DNA of 32,000 nucleotides from contig JAVKCJ010000037.1 in the NCBI GenBank assembly GCA_040222795.1, positions 18,798-50,797 on the forward strand. Reading direction: 5' to 3'. The translations under genes and the position numbers were made by a program. The stretch is from Salinisphaeraceae bacterium (GTDB taxonomy: Bacteria; Pseudomonadota; Gammaproteobacteria; Nevskiales; Salinisphaeraceae). The notes beneath the pieces are model-generated. The model worked only from the letters and a program-made list of their open reading frames with translations. It was not told the DNA's origin and did not search any database. Positions 16,933-25,817 of the stretch are shown here, piece after piece (within the stretch, counting starts at the first letter, position 1; each line of letters starts with the position of its first letter).

Positions 16933-17400
16933 ATGGAGCGCATGTTGCGACGAAGAGGCCTCCTAACCCCGCGTGTCCAAGCCCTTCTGGTGGCTGGGCT
17001 GACCGCTTGCCTATGGCTAACTGAAGCACATGCCAATCCCGCTGAACGCGGACAAGGGACTGTCTACTTTGACCAGGTCCGCGCCGCGGCCAGGTCCTGT
17101 GTCGCGGCTCACGGCTTCGAGCATCGGCTTGATTGCTACCAGGCAGCCAGCCCACGGGGCTGCCATGCCCAGGCTGAAAACCTTCTCGCCGACCCGGCCC
17201 GGCGAGCCCGCCAGAACGCCTGGTATTACTGCGTCGTGTCTTGCGCCGATGCCCATTTTTTCTCCCGCACGCTCGGGAGCTGTCGACGAGAGATTATCTT
17301 GCCTGCGGGGGAACCCTCGGCGCGCTACACTCCCGCTGACAAGTTTAGTACGTCGGTGATGCTGCCCGCCGGGCCGCTTCGTCGGGGTCGCCAGCCTTAA
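16933..17400 (+). CDS. Hypothetical secreted Cys-containing protein
   Basis: 155 aa. Signal-like LLVAGLTACLWLTEAHA. Several Cys residues. The start is uncertain (ATG 16933 or 16942). Confidence 0.45.
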   Translation: MERMLRRRGLLTPRVQALLVAGLTACLWLTEAHANPAERGQGTVYFDQVRAAARSCVAAHGFEHRLDCYQAASPRGCHAQAENLLADPARRARQNAWYYCVVSCADAHFFSRTLGSCRREIILPAGEPSARYTPADKFSTSVMLPAGPLRRGRQP

Positions 17401-17405
17401 CAGAC

Positions 17406-17816
17406 ATGACCCGAAGCCTAGTCTTGCTTGCGGCCACCCTGATGCTCGGGTGCGCCGCGCCGCAGCCGTCAAGCGAAGACATTCGAAACGAGATCCTATC
17501 CCTGTTTATATCGCCAGGCGGGGTGGAATACCTTCAGCTGACCAACTTTGAGCATCGCGCGGGGTACATTGATCGGCAGGGGGCCTACGTTACCCGTGTC
17601 GCCTACGATCTCATCTTCCCTCGCAGCTATGAGGAAATGATGGCCGAGGCAAGGCAACTTGTCTCCAACGGCAGAGAGAATGATGATCTGCTCTCCAGTA
17701 TGCGGGCATTTCGCCGGCAGTTCGGGGACTTCCCGGCCGGGCATCGCACACCCATGCAGCATAACCTCGTCCTTGTAGAGATCGAGGGCCAATGGAAAAT
17801 CGAGCAATCACAATGA
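17406..17816 (+). CDS. Hypothetical small lipoprotein
   Basis: 136 aa. Lipobox ATLMLGCA. Begins 5 nt after the previous stop. Confidence 0.6.
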   Translation: MTRSLVLLAATLMLGCAAPQPSSEDIRNEILSLFISPGGVEYLQLTNFEHRAGYIDRQGAYVTRVAYDLIFPRSYEEMMAEARQLVSNGRENDDLLSSMRAFRRQFGDFPAGHRTPMQHNLVLVEIEGQWKIEQSQ

Positions 17817-18424
17817 AAGGGCATCTGGCGATGATGATCCGTAAGCGCTGCATTGCAGCTATCATCGTGGCCATGTTCGCCACGGTCCCCAGCGTCGTGT
17901 CGGCCGAGTCCTATCTAACCTTTGATATCGGCCAGGACTCCTGGGAGAGCGTTCGCTACCGACTTTCCCGTCAAGCGGATTTTCTCCGAGGGCAGCCCAA
18001 CCCACTGGATTCCGAAGTTGGGCATGAGTCCCTAAATGCCAGCGGCTATCCGCCTTTTGAGGCATTCCCCGGCGACCTGATGAGTGCGACATTCAACTTC
18101 GATCACAACGCGGTCCTCTATCAGATATCGCTGACCGCGCTCAATGTAGAACAGACTCAAATCGAAGCGCTTGAGAAGAAATTCCGTGACCGGTACCAGG
18201 TCATTGATCAAACCAAAAAGCGATTTCAGACCCAAGTCATTTTCGACGCCAACCCTCAGGACGGCGCTGATGCCGGAGTGATGGTTGAGCTCGACGCATT
18301 CGGCGGGATGTACACGATCCGCTACACCCATCGTGATCGCCTTCAGGGGTTCAAGGATCGCATTGCCGAAATTGACCAAAAAAACTTGAGGGAAAGCGAC
18401 AGAATCCTGGATGAAATGTTGTAG
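17813..18424 (+). CDS. Hypothetical secreted protein
   Basis: ATGA overlap with the upstream stop. Signal peptide IAAIIVAMFATVPSVVSA. 203 aa. Confidence 0.55.
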   Translation: MKGHLAMMIRKRCIAAIIVAMFATVPSVVSAESYLTFDIGQDSWESVRYRLSRQADFLRGQPNPLDSEVGHESLNASGYPPFEAFPGDLMSATFNFDHNAVLYQISLTALNVEQTQIEALEKKFRDRYQVIDQTKKRFQTQVIFDANPQDGADAGVMVELDAFGGMYTIRYTHRDRLQGFKDRIAEIDQKNLRESDRILDEML

Positions 18425-18532
18425 CTCATCGCGACCGGCTTCAGTAACCCCGTCGACTAAGCGCGGCATTTGACGGCCACTCCCATGGCTAACTGAGGTT
18501 CACTGAGAGAGGACTCTCATTGGACCTTTGCC

Positions 18533-18952
18533 ATGCGCATAGCACCAAGCGACGTTCAGACAGGATTTTCGCTGCTTGAGCTGATGATTGTTGTCGCGCT
18601 CATCTCAATTCTCGTCTGCATCGCCATCCCCGGGTACCAAACCTACGTCCAAACCGCCCGGCAAACAGACGCTCAGCGCTTTCTGCTCGAGATGTCGTCG
18701 CGGATCCAGACGTATCGCCTAAGCAACCGCATTTATCCGGCTGGCCTGGGGAGCGATCCCGGGCAGATACCCATCAGCCTTCCCGACCGTCTGGACGACT
18801 ACTACAGCGTTTCCTACACCCTCGATGCCAATGGCACCCCCCCCGTTTATCGGGTTACGGCCACCCCTGTTCCAGATTCTCCCCAGGCGTCCCGTCCGGA
18901 GCTCACGCTGGTCAGCAATGGCCTTCGCTCCCCAGCTTCGGCGTGGAAATGA
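18533..18952 (+). CDS. pilE: Type IV pilin-like protein, PilE type
   Basis: Class III prepilin signal ..VQTG/FSLLELMIVVALISIL, followed by IPGYQTYVQTARQTDAQ, typical of PilE. Confidence 0.8.
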   Translation: MRIAPSDVQTGFSLLELMIVVALISILVCIAIPGYQTYVQTARQTDAQRFLLEMSSRIQTYRLSNRIYPAGLGSDPGQIPISLPDRLDDYYSVSYTLDANGTPPVYRVTATPVPDSPQASRPELTLVSNGLRSPASAWK

Positions 18953-19452
18953 TCGGTCCGTTCTTCCAGAAGGGGTTTACGCTACTCGACGCCTTGGTCG
19001 TGATAGCAGTGCTCGCCGTAGCTCTCGGGCTGGGTACGCCAGCATTCGACCACTACATTAAAGCCAGCTCTGTTCGCACATCTGCCTCCGAGCTGCAAAA
19101 GGCGTTCATCCTCGCTCGTACGGCCGCCATTGAACGTGCGGTTCCGGTGTATGTTTACCCTGATGCCAGTTGGGGGAAGGGCTTCGCCGTTACGGTGGCT
19201 CAGAATAAAACTCCAGAATCCTGCAGCAAGGATAGTACCGACTGCCTGCATCACATGACGCCTTCGGAATTCTCCCGCGCCAAGATTCGCGCGACAGATG
19301 CCGCTATTGAGTTCCTTCCGACTGGCGAATCCACGACTCCGACGACTCTCATCGTCTGTGCCGAAGATTACGGGGATCTCCGCACCATTCACTTGTTGGC
19401 AAGTGGGCGGACATTTGTCTTGCCGGACACGGGCGCTTGCGATGCGTCTTGA
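18943..19452 (+). CDS. fimT: GspH/FimT/FimU-family minor pilin
   Basis: Prepilin motif QKG/FTLLDALVVIAVLAV, then SELQKAFILARTAAIERAVPVYV, typical of the GspH/FimT family. Overlaps the pilE stop. Confidence 0.7.
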   Translation: MEMIGPFFQKGFTLLDALVVIAVLAVALGLGTPAFDHYIKASSVRTSASELQKAFILARTAAIERAVPVYVYPDASWGKGFAVTVAQNKTPESCSKDSTDCLHHMTPSEFSRAKIRATDAAIEFLPTGESTTPTTLIVCAEDYGDLRTIHLLASGRTFVLPDTGACDAS

Positions 19453-20008
19453 GCAGGGCGTCACCCTCATTGAGATTCTTATATCCCTCCTGGTCCTGAG
19501 TATCGGGCTGCTGGGCTTGGCCGGGTTGCAGGTGAGTGCTCAGCAACTCTCCATGGATGCTTACGAGCAAGAGCGCGCTGGATTGCTTGCTGACTACATC
19601 GTCGAACGTATCGCGTTGAATCGCGAGGCCCGGCAGTGCTACGGCTTTACCGATCCGGTTACCGGCGGTCCCGCGATCGGCCAGGGCGTCGAGATCGACC
19701 TGACTTGCACCGGGTTTGGCACTATCGCGACCCAAGAACTTGCCGAGGCCGATCTCGCAGCCTGGGAGCAAATGCTCGAAGGCGCGACTGAGACTCTCGC
19801 GGGAAACAACGTCGGCGCCATGGTCAACGCCCGAGGTTGCATTTGGCTTGATGCCGACGCCAATACCGCGACGATTGCGGTCACTTGGCAAGGGGAAATT
19901 CAGGCGGATGCGCCCCCGGCATCCCTCTGCGGCGCGAATCAATACGGCGACGAACGCTACCGCCGCGCGCTTATTCGCACCCTTGAGTTCGCGGACCTAG
20001 ACGCATGA
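19442..20008 (+). CDS. pilV: Type IV pilus minor pilin PilV
   Basis: Internal ATG 19442 gives MRLEQG/VTLIEILISLLVLSIGLLGLAGLQ, the canonical PilV N-terminus. The longer ORF-track start 19298 overlaps fimT. Confidence 0.8.
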   Translation: MRLEQGVTLIEILISLLVLSIGLLGLAGLQVSAQQLSMDAYEQERAGLLADYIVERIALNREARQCYGFTDPVTGGPAIGQGVEIDLTCTGFGTIATQELAEADLAAWEQMLEGATETLAGNNVGAMVNARGCIWLDADANTATIAVTWQGEIQADAPPASLCGANQYGDERYRRALIRTLEFADLDA

Positions 20009-20123
20009 GGCGCTCGCGCCAACAAGCGGGCTTTACCCTCATCGAGCTTCTGATCGCGCTCACCCTGGGCTTGCTCGTTATTGCGGCTGCTGGGGCAGTG
20101 TCCTTAGCCGGGTTCGGTCCCAC

Positions 20124-20987
20124 TCACACGGACGGTTTGGAAAGGGCTTCAAACTGCTGATCGAGTTTATCGAGTCTACGTTGCATCCTCGGGTTATGAA
20201 ATCGCTCGATGTAGTCGAAAACGTCTGAGCGAGCCTGGGCTCGGGTCAGGTATTTCCGTCGGCGGACCCGCTCGCGCTTGAGCACGCCGAAAAAGCCCTC
20301 GCAGGCGGCGTTATCACCGCAGTGGCCGACCGCACTCATGCTGCTGACGAGATTCTGGTCTTTGAGAAAGCCCTGCACCTCATGACTGGTGAATTGCGTG
20401 CCGCGATCCGAATGCAGGATCACCGGCTGGCCGGGGTCCTCACGACGTCCCAGCGCGGCGGTCACCGCATCCAGCACCAGCTGACGCTGCTGCGTCGCGC
20501 CCATCGACCAGCCGATCACGAGCTTGCTGTAAAGGTCGATCACCACGCACAGAAATAGCCAGCCTTCGGCGGTGCGGATCTGGGTGATATCGGTCACCCA
20601 TTTGGTGTTGGGCTCAAGCGCGGCGAAGTCGCGCTCGAGATGATTGGCGATGCCGATGGGTCGCAGCCCCGATGGCTTGTAACGCCAGGACCGGGCCACT
20701 GGGATCCCGTGGATGCCGTGTCGGCGCATCAGGCGTGCGACCCGATTGAGACTGGCCCGCTCGCCTTCAAAGCCGAGTTCTTCGTGCATGCGCCGGCGTC
20801 CCATCACGCCGAGATGATCGGCATGGATCGCCCGAATGCGGCTCAGTAGCCTGCGATTGTCACGTACCCGAGCACTGGGCCGGCGTTTCTGCCAGTCGTA
20901 GAAACCGCTGTGCGAGACCCGCAAACAGCGGCACATCAGCCGCACCGGATAGTCGCCGCGGCCAGCATCGATCGCCTGGTACTTCAA
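20124..20987 (-). CDS. IS3-family transposase OrfB (DDE), probably made as an OrfAB fusion by -1 frameshift
   Basis: DDE triad contexts [15 protein letters not shown] and [11 protein letters not shown]. The orfB frame stays open upstream to the T TTT TTG heptamer at 21029-21023. Confidence 0.9.
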   Translation of the reverse strand: MKYQAIDAGRGDYPVRLMCRCLRVSHSGFYDWQKRRPSARVRDNRRLLSRIRAIHADHLGVMGRRRMHEELGFEGERASLNRVARLMRRHGIHGIPVARSWRYKPSGLRPIGIANHLERDFAALEPNTKWVTDITQIRTAEGWLFLCVVIDLYSKLVIGWSMGATQQRQLVLDAVTAALGRREDPGQPVILHSDRGTQFTSHEVQGFLKDQNLVSSMSAVGHCGDNAACEGFFGVLKRERVRRRKYLTRAQARSDVFDYIERFHNPRMQRRLDKLDQQFEALSKPSV

Positions 20988-21277
20988 TTCGATTCCCTGG
21001 CGAAGAATGTGGCCGCGTCTCGCAAAAAATCGCGTTCCTTTTTCAGGCGCGCGTTCTCCCGCTTGAGCCGGGCCACCTCCTCGTCGCGGGGCGTACCAGT
21101 GCCGCCGAAGGCGGTCCGGCCTTGCTCGTCGGTCTCGCGGCGCCAGCGACTGAGCAGGTTGGCGGCGATGCCAATGTCGCGGGCGACCTGGGTCACGCTG
21201 ACATCCGGATGCCGGGTCAATTCAACCGCTTCGCGCTTGAACTCGGGACTGAATCTTCTTCGCTTGGACATGGACAC
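20984..21277 (-). CDS. IS3-family transposase OrfA (HTH)
   Basis: 97 aa. [42 protein letters not shown] and a leucine-zipper-like tail, as in IS3 OrfA. Confidence 0.9.
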   Translation of the reverse strand: MSMSKRRRFSPEFKREAVELTRHPDVSVTQVARDIGIAANLLSRWRRETDEQGRTAFGGTGTPRDEEVARLKRENARLKKERDFLRDAATFFARESN

Positions 21278-22223
21278 TCCTTTGGGCCATTGTGACGCCT
21301 TTCGTATGTGTCCGTGCTAGCGGGACCGAACCCGCCGGCACGTTGTCACATCAGTCCCTCGATCAATCCTCAACCGTCATGGAGCGTGGTGGCGCCGCCC
21401 TTCGCATGATCAAGCGTGAACTCATTCATGCTGGTTACTACGGGCGTTACGCCAACCTGGATAACCCCATCCCAGCGCCACCCGCGACCCCTAACCCCTG
21501 TGCCACTGACCTTGCATCTCTGCGTGTCGCTGCAGCGCTGCCAATCCAGGGTTATGACGCACCCACGGGGAAGCCCTTGCCTTGTCTGTCCGACAGCAAC
21601 CACATCGATGGCACTGACATTCTGGTTATTCGTCGCGCTTCGCCCATTCAGACGACAGGATCCTTATCCCCTTCCCGCGTCTATCTTCAGTCCAACGCGA
21701 TGGCATTAAGACTGGATAGTGGCGACGGCAGTTTTGATCTGACTGATCGCTTCGGTCTCCCGTCGGCGATACGCGAGTATTACGTCGATATTTACTTCAT
21801 CAGCCCCTGTCTTGTCACCACGGCCAATGAGTGCACAGCTGATGCTGATGGCGGCAACCCTATCCCTACCTTGAAACGACTCAGGCTTTCTAGTAACGGC
21901 GTAAGCCCAGTCTTCACCGAACAGCCTATGATCGAGGGGGTGGAGAATCTCCAGTTCGATTTCGGTCTCGACACGACCGAGGATGGCATCGTCGATCCGC
22001 CGTATGTCACCGCGCCGCTCACGCCCCCTGATTGGGCCGACGTGATTGCTCTTCAGGCATTCGTCCTGGCGCGGTCAATTGGCCCAGATGCCGGCGCCGC
22101 ATCTCAGCGCACCTATCACCTCGGGCTTGCTGGCAGCTTCGGCCCCTTTGCCGATCGCGTACTTCGCCATTCCTATGCGACCTCCATGCGTCTTATGAAT
22201 GTCGCAGGACGCCGAGAGCTCCC

Positions 22224-22658
22224 ATGACCATTGGTCGCCCGCAACCGCAGCGGGGCTTTGCTCTGGTGATCTCCCTGATTCTTCTGGCAGTCCTTTCCTT
22301 AATCGCAGCCAGTTCTGCCTCCCTGTCCAGGTTCGACGCACAACGAGTCTCCTTTCTCGAAAACCGTGCCGCGGTAAAGGATTCGTCTCTTCAGGCATTG
22401 GAACAAGCTTTGAGTGATCCGGCCTTTTTGAAAGGCGCAGCGACACGAGACCTCTCTCTCAACGCGGTCAATGTCACCGTGGCCGTGCCGCTATGCACTC
22501 GTGCCACCACAATGGCTGGGTTCAGTCTCAAGAACCCCCTATCTCTCGAACGCGCTTACTGGCGACTCGATGTCAGCGGGCAGGACACCGTCTCTTCCGC
22601 AGCCTTTCGTGCGCGCCAGGGGATTCGCACCATCCAGACCGCAGCAGGCTGCCCATGA
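22224..22658 (+). CDS. pilX: Type IV pilus minor pilin PilX
   Basis: ATGA overlap with pilW. N-terminus MTIGRPQPQRG/FALVISLILLAVLSLIA matches the PilX N-terminal domain pattern (no Glu5). 144 aa. Confidence 0.7.
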   Translation: MTIGRPQPQRGFALVISLILLAVLSLIAASSASLSRFDAQRVSFLENRAAVKDSSLQALEQALSDPAFLKGAATRDLSLNAVNVTVAVPLCTRATTMAGFSLKNPLSLERAYWRLDVSGQDTVSSAAFRARQGIRTIQTAAGCP

Positions 22659-25600
22659 AACACCTTCTCGCTTCCGCCTTGCTTGGCCTTGGCGTTCTGG
22701 CATGGCTCCCCGTTAAGGCCGAAGATATCGATCTGTACCGTCAGGACACGGGGAGCATTTCGGCCCCGGACGTGCTCTTTTTCATAGACAACAGCGCGAA
22801 CTGGAACGCCTCGATTGGCACGACCAGCAAGCGAGAGCTTGAGCATCAGGCGCTCACCACCTTCTTTAGCAATCCGGATATCGTCGGCACGATGAATGTC
22901 GGGATCATGCTCTTTTCCAAGGGCAACTCCCCGAAGGGAGGAAAGATCATCGAGTCGGTGAAGCCCCTTACCGAAAGCTATCGGCAGCATCTGTTATCTC
23001 GAATCGAAGAAGGTCTTCCCAAGACCAACAACGCCCCTTTGGCGCTATCGCTCGAAGAGGCCAGGCGGTACTACGGTGGTATTGCTCCGCGATCGGGGAC
23101 CCAGGACGGCAGCACCGGGGAAGACCGGTACGACACGGACGCCATTGAAGGCGACGGCAGCTATGATTCCCCCGGCAATAACACCGGCGGATGCGGTCGC
23201 CATTACATCGTTTTCATCTCCAATGGAGAGCCAGACAGTGGCGAAAACCGCGATGCGGAGAATCAGCTGCAAGCCATTGATGGGATACTGGATTCTGACC
23301 CGATCAACCTTGACCCGAGTCAGTTCGAGAGCAGCTGGGCTGACGAATACAGTCGCTGGCTTGCCAATAACCAGGTCATGCATGAGGGAATCCGTACAGC
23401 CTATCCGTCTGTTTACACCTATGTGATTGATGTCTTTGCGGATTCCGAGACCACCGACGACAATCAGCAATCCAACGGGAACAAGAAGAAGGGGCAGGGC
23501 GGCGGCGGGCAAAACGGCAATCGGAAATTCGAAAGCGCCCGAGCCCTCAATCGCAGCATCGCTGATCAGGGCAAGGGCCGCTATTTCACCGCGGCATCTG
23601 CCGCTGACGTGAATGACGCCCTGGTTTCAATTGCTGACGAGATCCAATCGGTCAATTCTGTGTTCGCCTCAACTGCGCTGCCCGTCTCGGTCAACGTGCG
23701 AGGCACAAACCTTAACCAGGTGTACCTGGGCGTATTCCGCCCCGATGGTGACGACACCACCCGTTGGCAAGGTAATCTCAAGCTCTTCGAGCTTGCCCTC
23801 GACGATGCCACCGACGAGCTCTTCCTTGCGGACCGCCATGGCAATCGCGCTCAGTCCGCTGTCACGGGTTTTATTGCACCAGGCAGCGAAAGCCACTGGA
23901 GTCATAGTTCCAGCTTCTGGGCCTTTTCTCCTAGTGGCACCCCGCCATCGGAAAGTGATCTCCCAGATGCGGAGGTGGTGGAGAAAGGCGGGGTCCACCA
24001 ACGCCTTCGCGACGCCGAAAGCAACGGCACGATAGTGGGCCAGCGTTCCGTTTACACTTGTGCAGGCGGGTGTACCCAGGGTGGCTTGCTATCCGATAAC
24101 CTGTTCGCCCCTTCCAATGCCGCAATCACTCAAGCGGATCTGGGAGCCGCTGACGTGGAAGATCGGGCCGACATCATCAATTGGGTGCTCGGGCTTGATA
24201 ACCATGAAGATGAGGACGGAGATGGCCAGCGCACCGATGCGCGCTCCTCGATTCACGGCGACGTCCTGCATTCGCGTCCGGCGTTGATCAACTACAACCG
24301 TGATGGCACAGATAACGACATCGTCGCCATCTACGGGGCCAACGATGGCCAGATACGCGCAGTGCAAGGAGGTTTCGGAGACCAGCGTGGCTCCGAGCTT
24401 TGGTCATTCATTCCTCCAGAGTTCTTCCCCCGTCTCAAAGCGCTGCGCGATAACGACGTCCGTGGTAAGTCTTACTTTGCCGACGGTAACGTCGTCCCTT
24501 ACATCGTTGATTCGAATCAGGACGGCGATCTCGCTGACGCAGGCGACAAGGCCTTCGTATACGTCGTCATGAGACGTGGTGGGAATTTCATTTATGCTCT
24601 GGACATCTCCAACCCCGACGCTCCACGCTTTCTATGGTCCATTTCGGATCAGACTGCAGGCTTCGCGGAGCTGGGTGAAACCTGGGGCGCCCCGGTAGTC
24701 GGCCGAATAGAGGCACACGACAGCCCAGTTGCCGTGATTCCCGGCGGGTACGACCCAGGTGCCGATGACCCAGAATCCAATGACTCCCGCAGCATGGGGC
24801 GCTCCATTTATGTGGTTGATGCTGTTACCGGCGCTTTGATCTGGCAGGCGAGCGGCAATCTCGATCCATCTGGCCCCGGCGCCTCGTTACTCGTTCCCGG
24901 GATGACCCACTCGATGCCGGCGGATGCCACGGCCATCGACCGAGACCAGAACGGTTTCCTCGATCGGATATACCAACCGGATACCGGGGGACAACTATGG
25001 CGGTTCGACATTGCCAATCCGGACCCATCGCAGTGGGAGGCGTCCCGTCTGGCCAGCGTCGGCGATGACCAGGAGTTTCTCTATGCGCCCGATGTGGTAG
25101 CTGGCGGAGACAGCGCAGGTGCCTTCGATGCAATTCTGATTGGCGCAGGCGATCGTGAAGACCCCTTCGATACCTCTGTGACCAACCGCTACTACATGAT
25201 TAAGGATCGGGCGGTAACCGAGTCACGTACAGGATATGCCACGGTCACGCTTGCCGACCTGCATGATGCCACCCCTGCAGATCTTCAGAACGGGGTTGCC
25301 TCAGCCCAAACGGCGCTGGACGCATCCAGTGGTTGGTATTTGACGCTCTCCAACCCTGGTGAAAAAGTCGTCAGTACAGCAACAACCATCAACGGGGTAG
25401 TGTTCTTCAACACCACCCAACCGCCGCCTGCTGATGCGCTGACCTGCTCTGTGAGTCTCGGTATAGCTCGACTCTACTCAGTGAGCTACAAGGACGCGAC
25501 CGCAGTAGCTGATCAAAGGGCCCCTGCTGGACTGGACGTGCAGGACCGCCATGTTGAAGCCCCCGGTGGGGGTTTCCCGCCATCGCCTGTCCCAGTCGTC

Positions 25601-25720
25601 GTTCAAATCGACGGACGAGAGCACCTGGCGGTCATTTCGGGCACAAATGTTCTCACCCCGCCCACGGTCAACCTAAACGTCCGGCAACGCGTCTACTACT
25701 ACGAGTCTGGCATTCGCTGA
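22655..25720 (+). CDS. pilY1: PilY1-like pilus tip adhesin with N-terminal vWA domain
   Basis: ATGA overlap with pilX. Signal peptide MKHLLASALLGLGVLAWLPVKA. vWA-like N-terminal region (VLFFIDNSANW .. ALVSIADEI). C-terminal beta-propeller-like region with EF-hand-like loops DSNQDGDLA (24509-24535) and DRDQNGFLD (24938-24964). Confidence 0.85.
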   Translation: MKHLLASALLGLGVLAWLPVKAEDIDLYRQDTGSISAPDVLFFIDNSANWNASIGTTSKRELEHQALTTFFSNPDIVGTMNVGIMLFSKGNSPKGGKIIESVKPLTESYRQHLLSRIEEGLPKTNNAPLALSLEEARRYYGGIAPRSGTQDGSTGEDRYDTDAIEGDGSYDSPGNNTGGCGRHYIVFISNGEPDSGENRDAENQLQAIDGILDSDPINLDPSQFESSWADEYSRWLANNQVMHEGIRTAYPSVYTYVIDVFADSETTDDNQQSNGNKKKGQGGGGQNGNRKFESARALNRSIADQGKGRYFTAASAADVNDALVSIADEIQSVNSVFASTALPVSVNVRGTNLNQVYLGVFRPDGDDTTRWQGNLKLFELALDDATDELFLADRHGNRAQSAVTGFIAPGSESHWSHSSSFWAFSPSGTPPSESDLPDAEVVEKGGVHQRLRDAESNGTIVGQRSVYTCAGGCTQGGLLSDNLFAPSNAAITQADLGAADVEDRADIINWVLGLDNHEDEDGDGQRTDARSSIHGDVLHSRPALINYNRDGTDNDIVAIYGANDGQIRAVQGGFGDQRGSELWSFIPPEFFPRLKALRDNDVRGKSYFADGNVVPYIVDSNQDGDLADAGDKAFVYVVMRRGGNFIYALDISNPDAPRFLWSISDQTAGFAELGETWGAPVVGRIEAHDSPVAVIPGGYDPGADDPESNDSRSMGRSIYVVDAVTGALIWQASGNLDPSGPGASLLVPGMTHSMPADATAIDRDQNGFLDRIYQPDTGGQLWRFDIANPDPSQWEASRLASVGDDQEFLYAPDVVAGGDSAGAFDAILIGAGDREDPFDTSVTNRYYMIKDRAVTESRTGYATVTLADLHDATPADLQNGVASAQTALDASSGWYLTLSNPGEKVVSTATTINGVVFFNTTQPPPADALTCSVSLGIARLYSVSYKDATAVADQRAPAGLDVQDRHVEAPGGGFPPSPVPVVVQIDGREHLAVISGTNVLTPPTVNLNVRQRVYYYESGIR

Positions 25721-25740
25721 TGGTCCCCTGCGGGTGAAAT

Positions 25741-25762
25741 GCCTGGTCATATATGACCAGGC
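25741..25762. repeat. Perfect 22-bp palindrome GCCTGGTCATATATGACCAGGC
   Basis: Read directly, 21 nt after the pilY1 stop. A third ATGACCA half-site lies at 25775-25781, and TCTAGC occurs twice (25765-70, 25792-97). Confidence 0.85.
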
Positions 25763-25817
25763 GATCTAGCCCCAAATGACCATCTTTTTGGTCTAGCGTC
25801 GGAGCTTCATTCAACGG

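Larger units (their letters stand above)
20110..21333 (-). mobile_element. IS3-family insertion sequence (about 1224 bp)
   Basis: Imperfect terminal IRs: GGGTTCGGTCCCACTCACACGGAC against GGGTTCGGTCCCGCTAGCACGGAC (21/24). Flanking 3-bp direct repeat GCC (20107-09 and 21334-36). orfA/orfB organisation. Ends are good to a few bp. Confidence 0.8.
20005..22227 (+). pseudogene. pilW: pilW (minor pilin) interrupted by an IS3-family insertion
   Basis: The 5' part (20005-20109) encodes MRRSRQQAG/FTLIELLIALTLGLLVIAAAGAVSLA. The 3' part (21337-22227) continues in frame as GTLSHQSLDQSSTVMERGGAALRMIKRELIHAGYYG.., the PilW signature. Removing 20110-21333 plus one GCC copy restores a single ORF. Confidence 0.8.

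Noticed and set aside
17013-18496. 12-mer ATGGCTAACTGA present at 17013-17024 and 18485-18496
   Set aside because: A single recurrence of a 12-mer in 32 kb is expected by chance: about 5e8 position pairs against 1.7e7 possible 12-mers. There is no extended similarity around either copy.
20099-21340. Alternative IS boundaries using TG (20099) and CA (21340), as expected for IS3-family termini
   Set aside because: The two ends do not align as inverted repeats outside GGGTTCGG. No direct repeat flanks them, and excision would not restore the pilW frame. 20110-21333 with the GCC duplication does.
19298-22654. Longer ORF-track starts for pilV (19298), pilX (22032) and pilY1 (22493), and GTG 21292 for the pilW 3' part
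   Set aside because: The N-terminal extensions overlap upstream genes or IS sequence. They would bury the prepilin or signal peptides. Internal ATGs at 19442, 22224 and 22655 give canonical N-termini and ATGA coupling.
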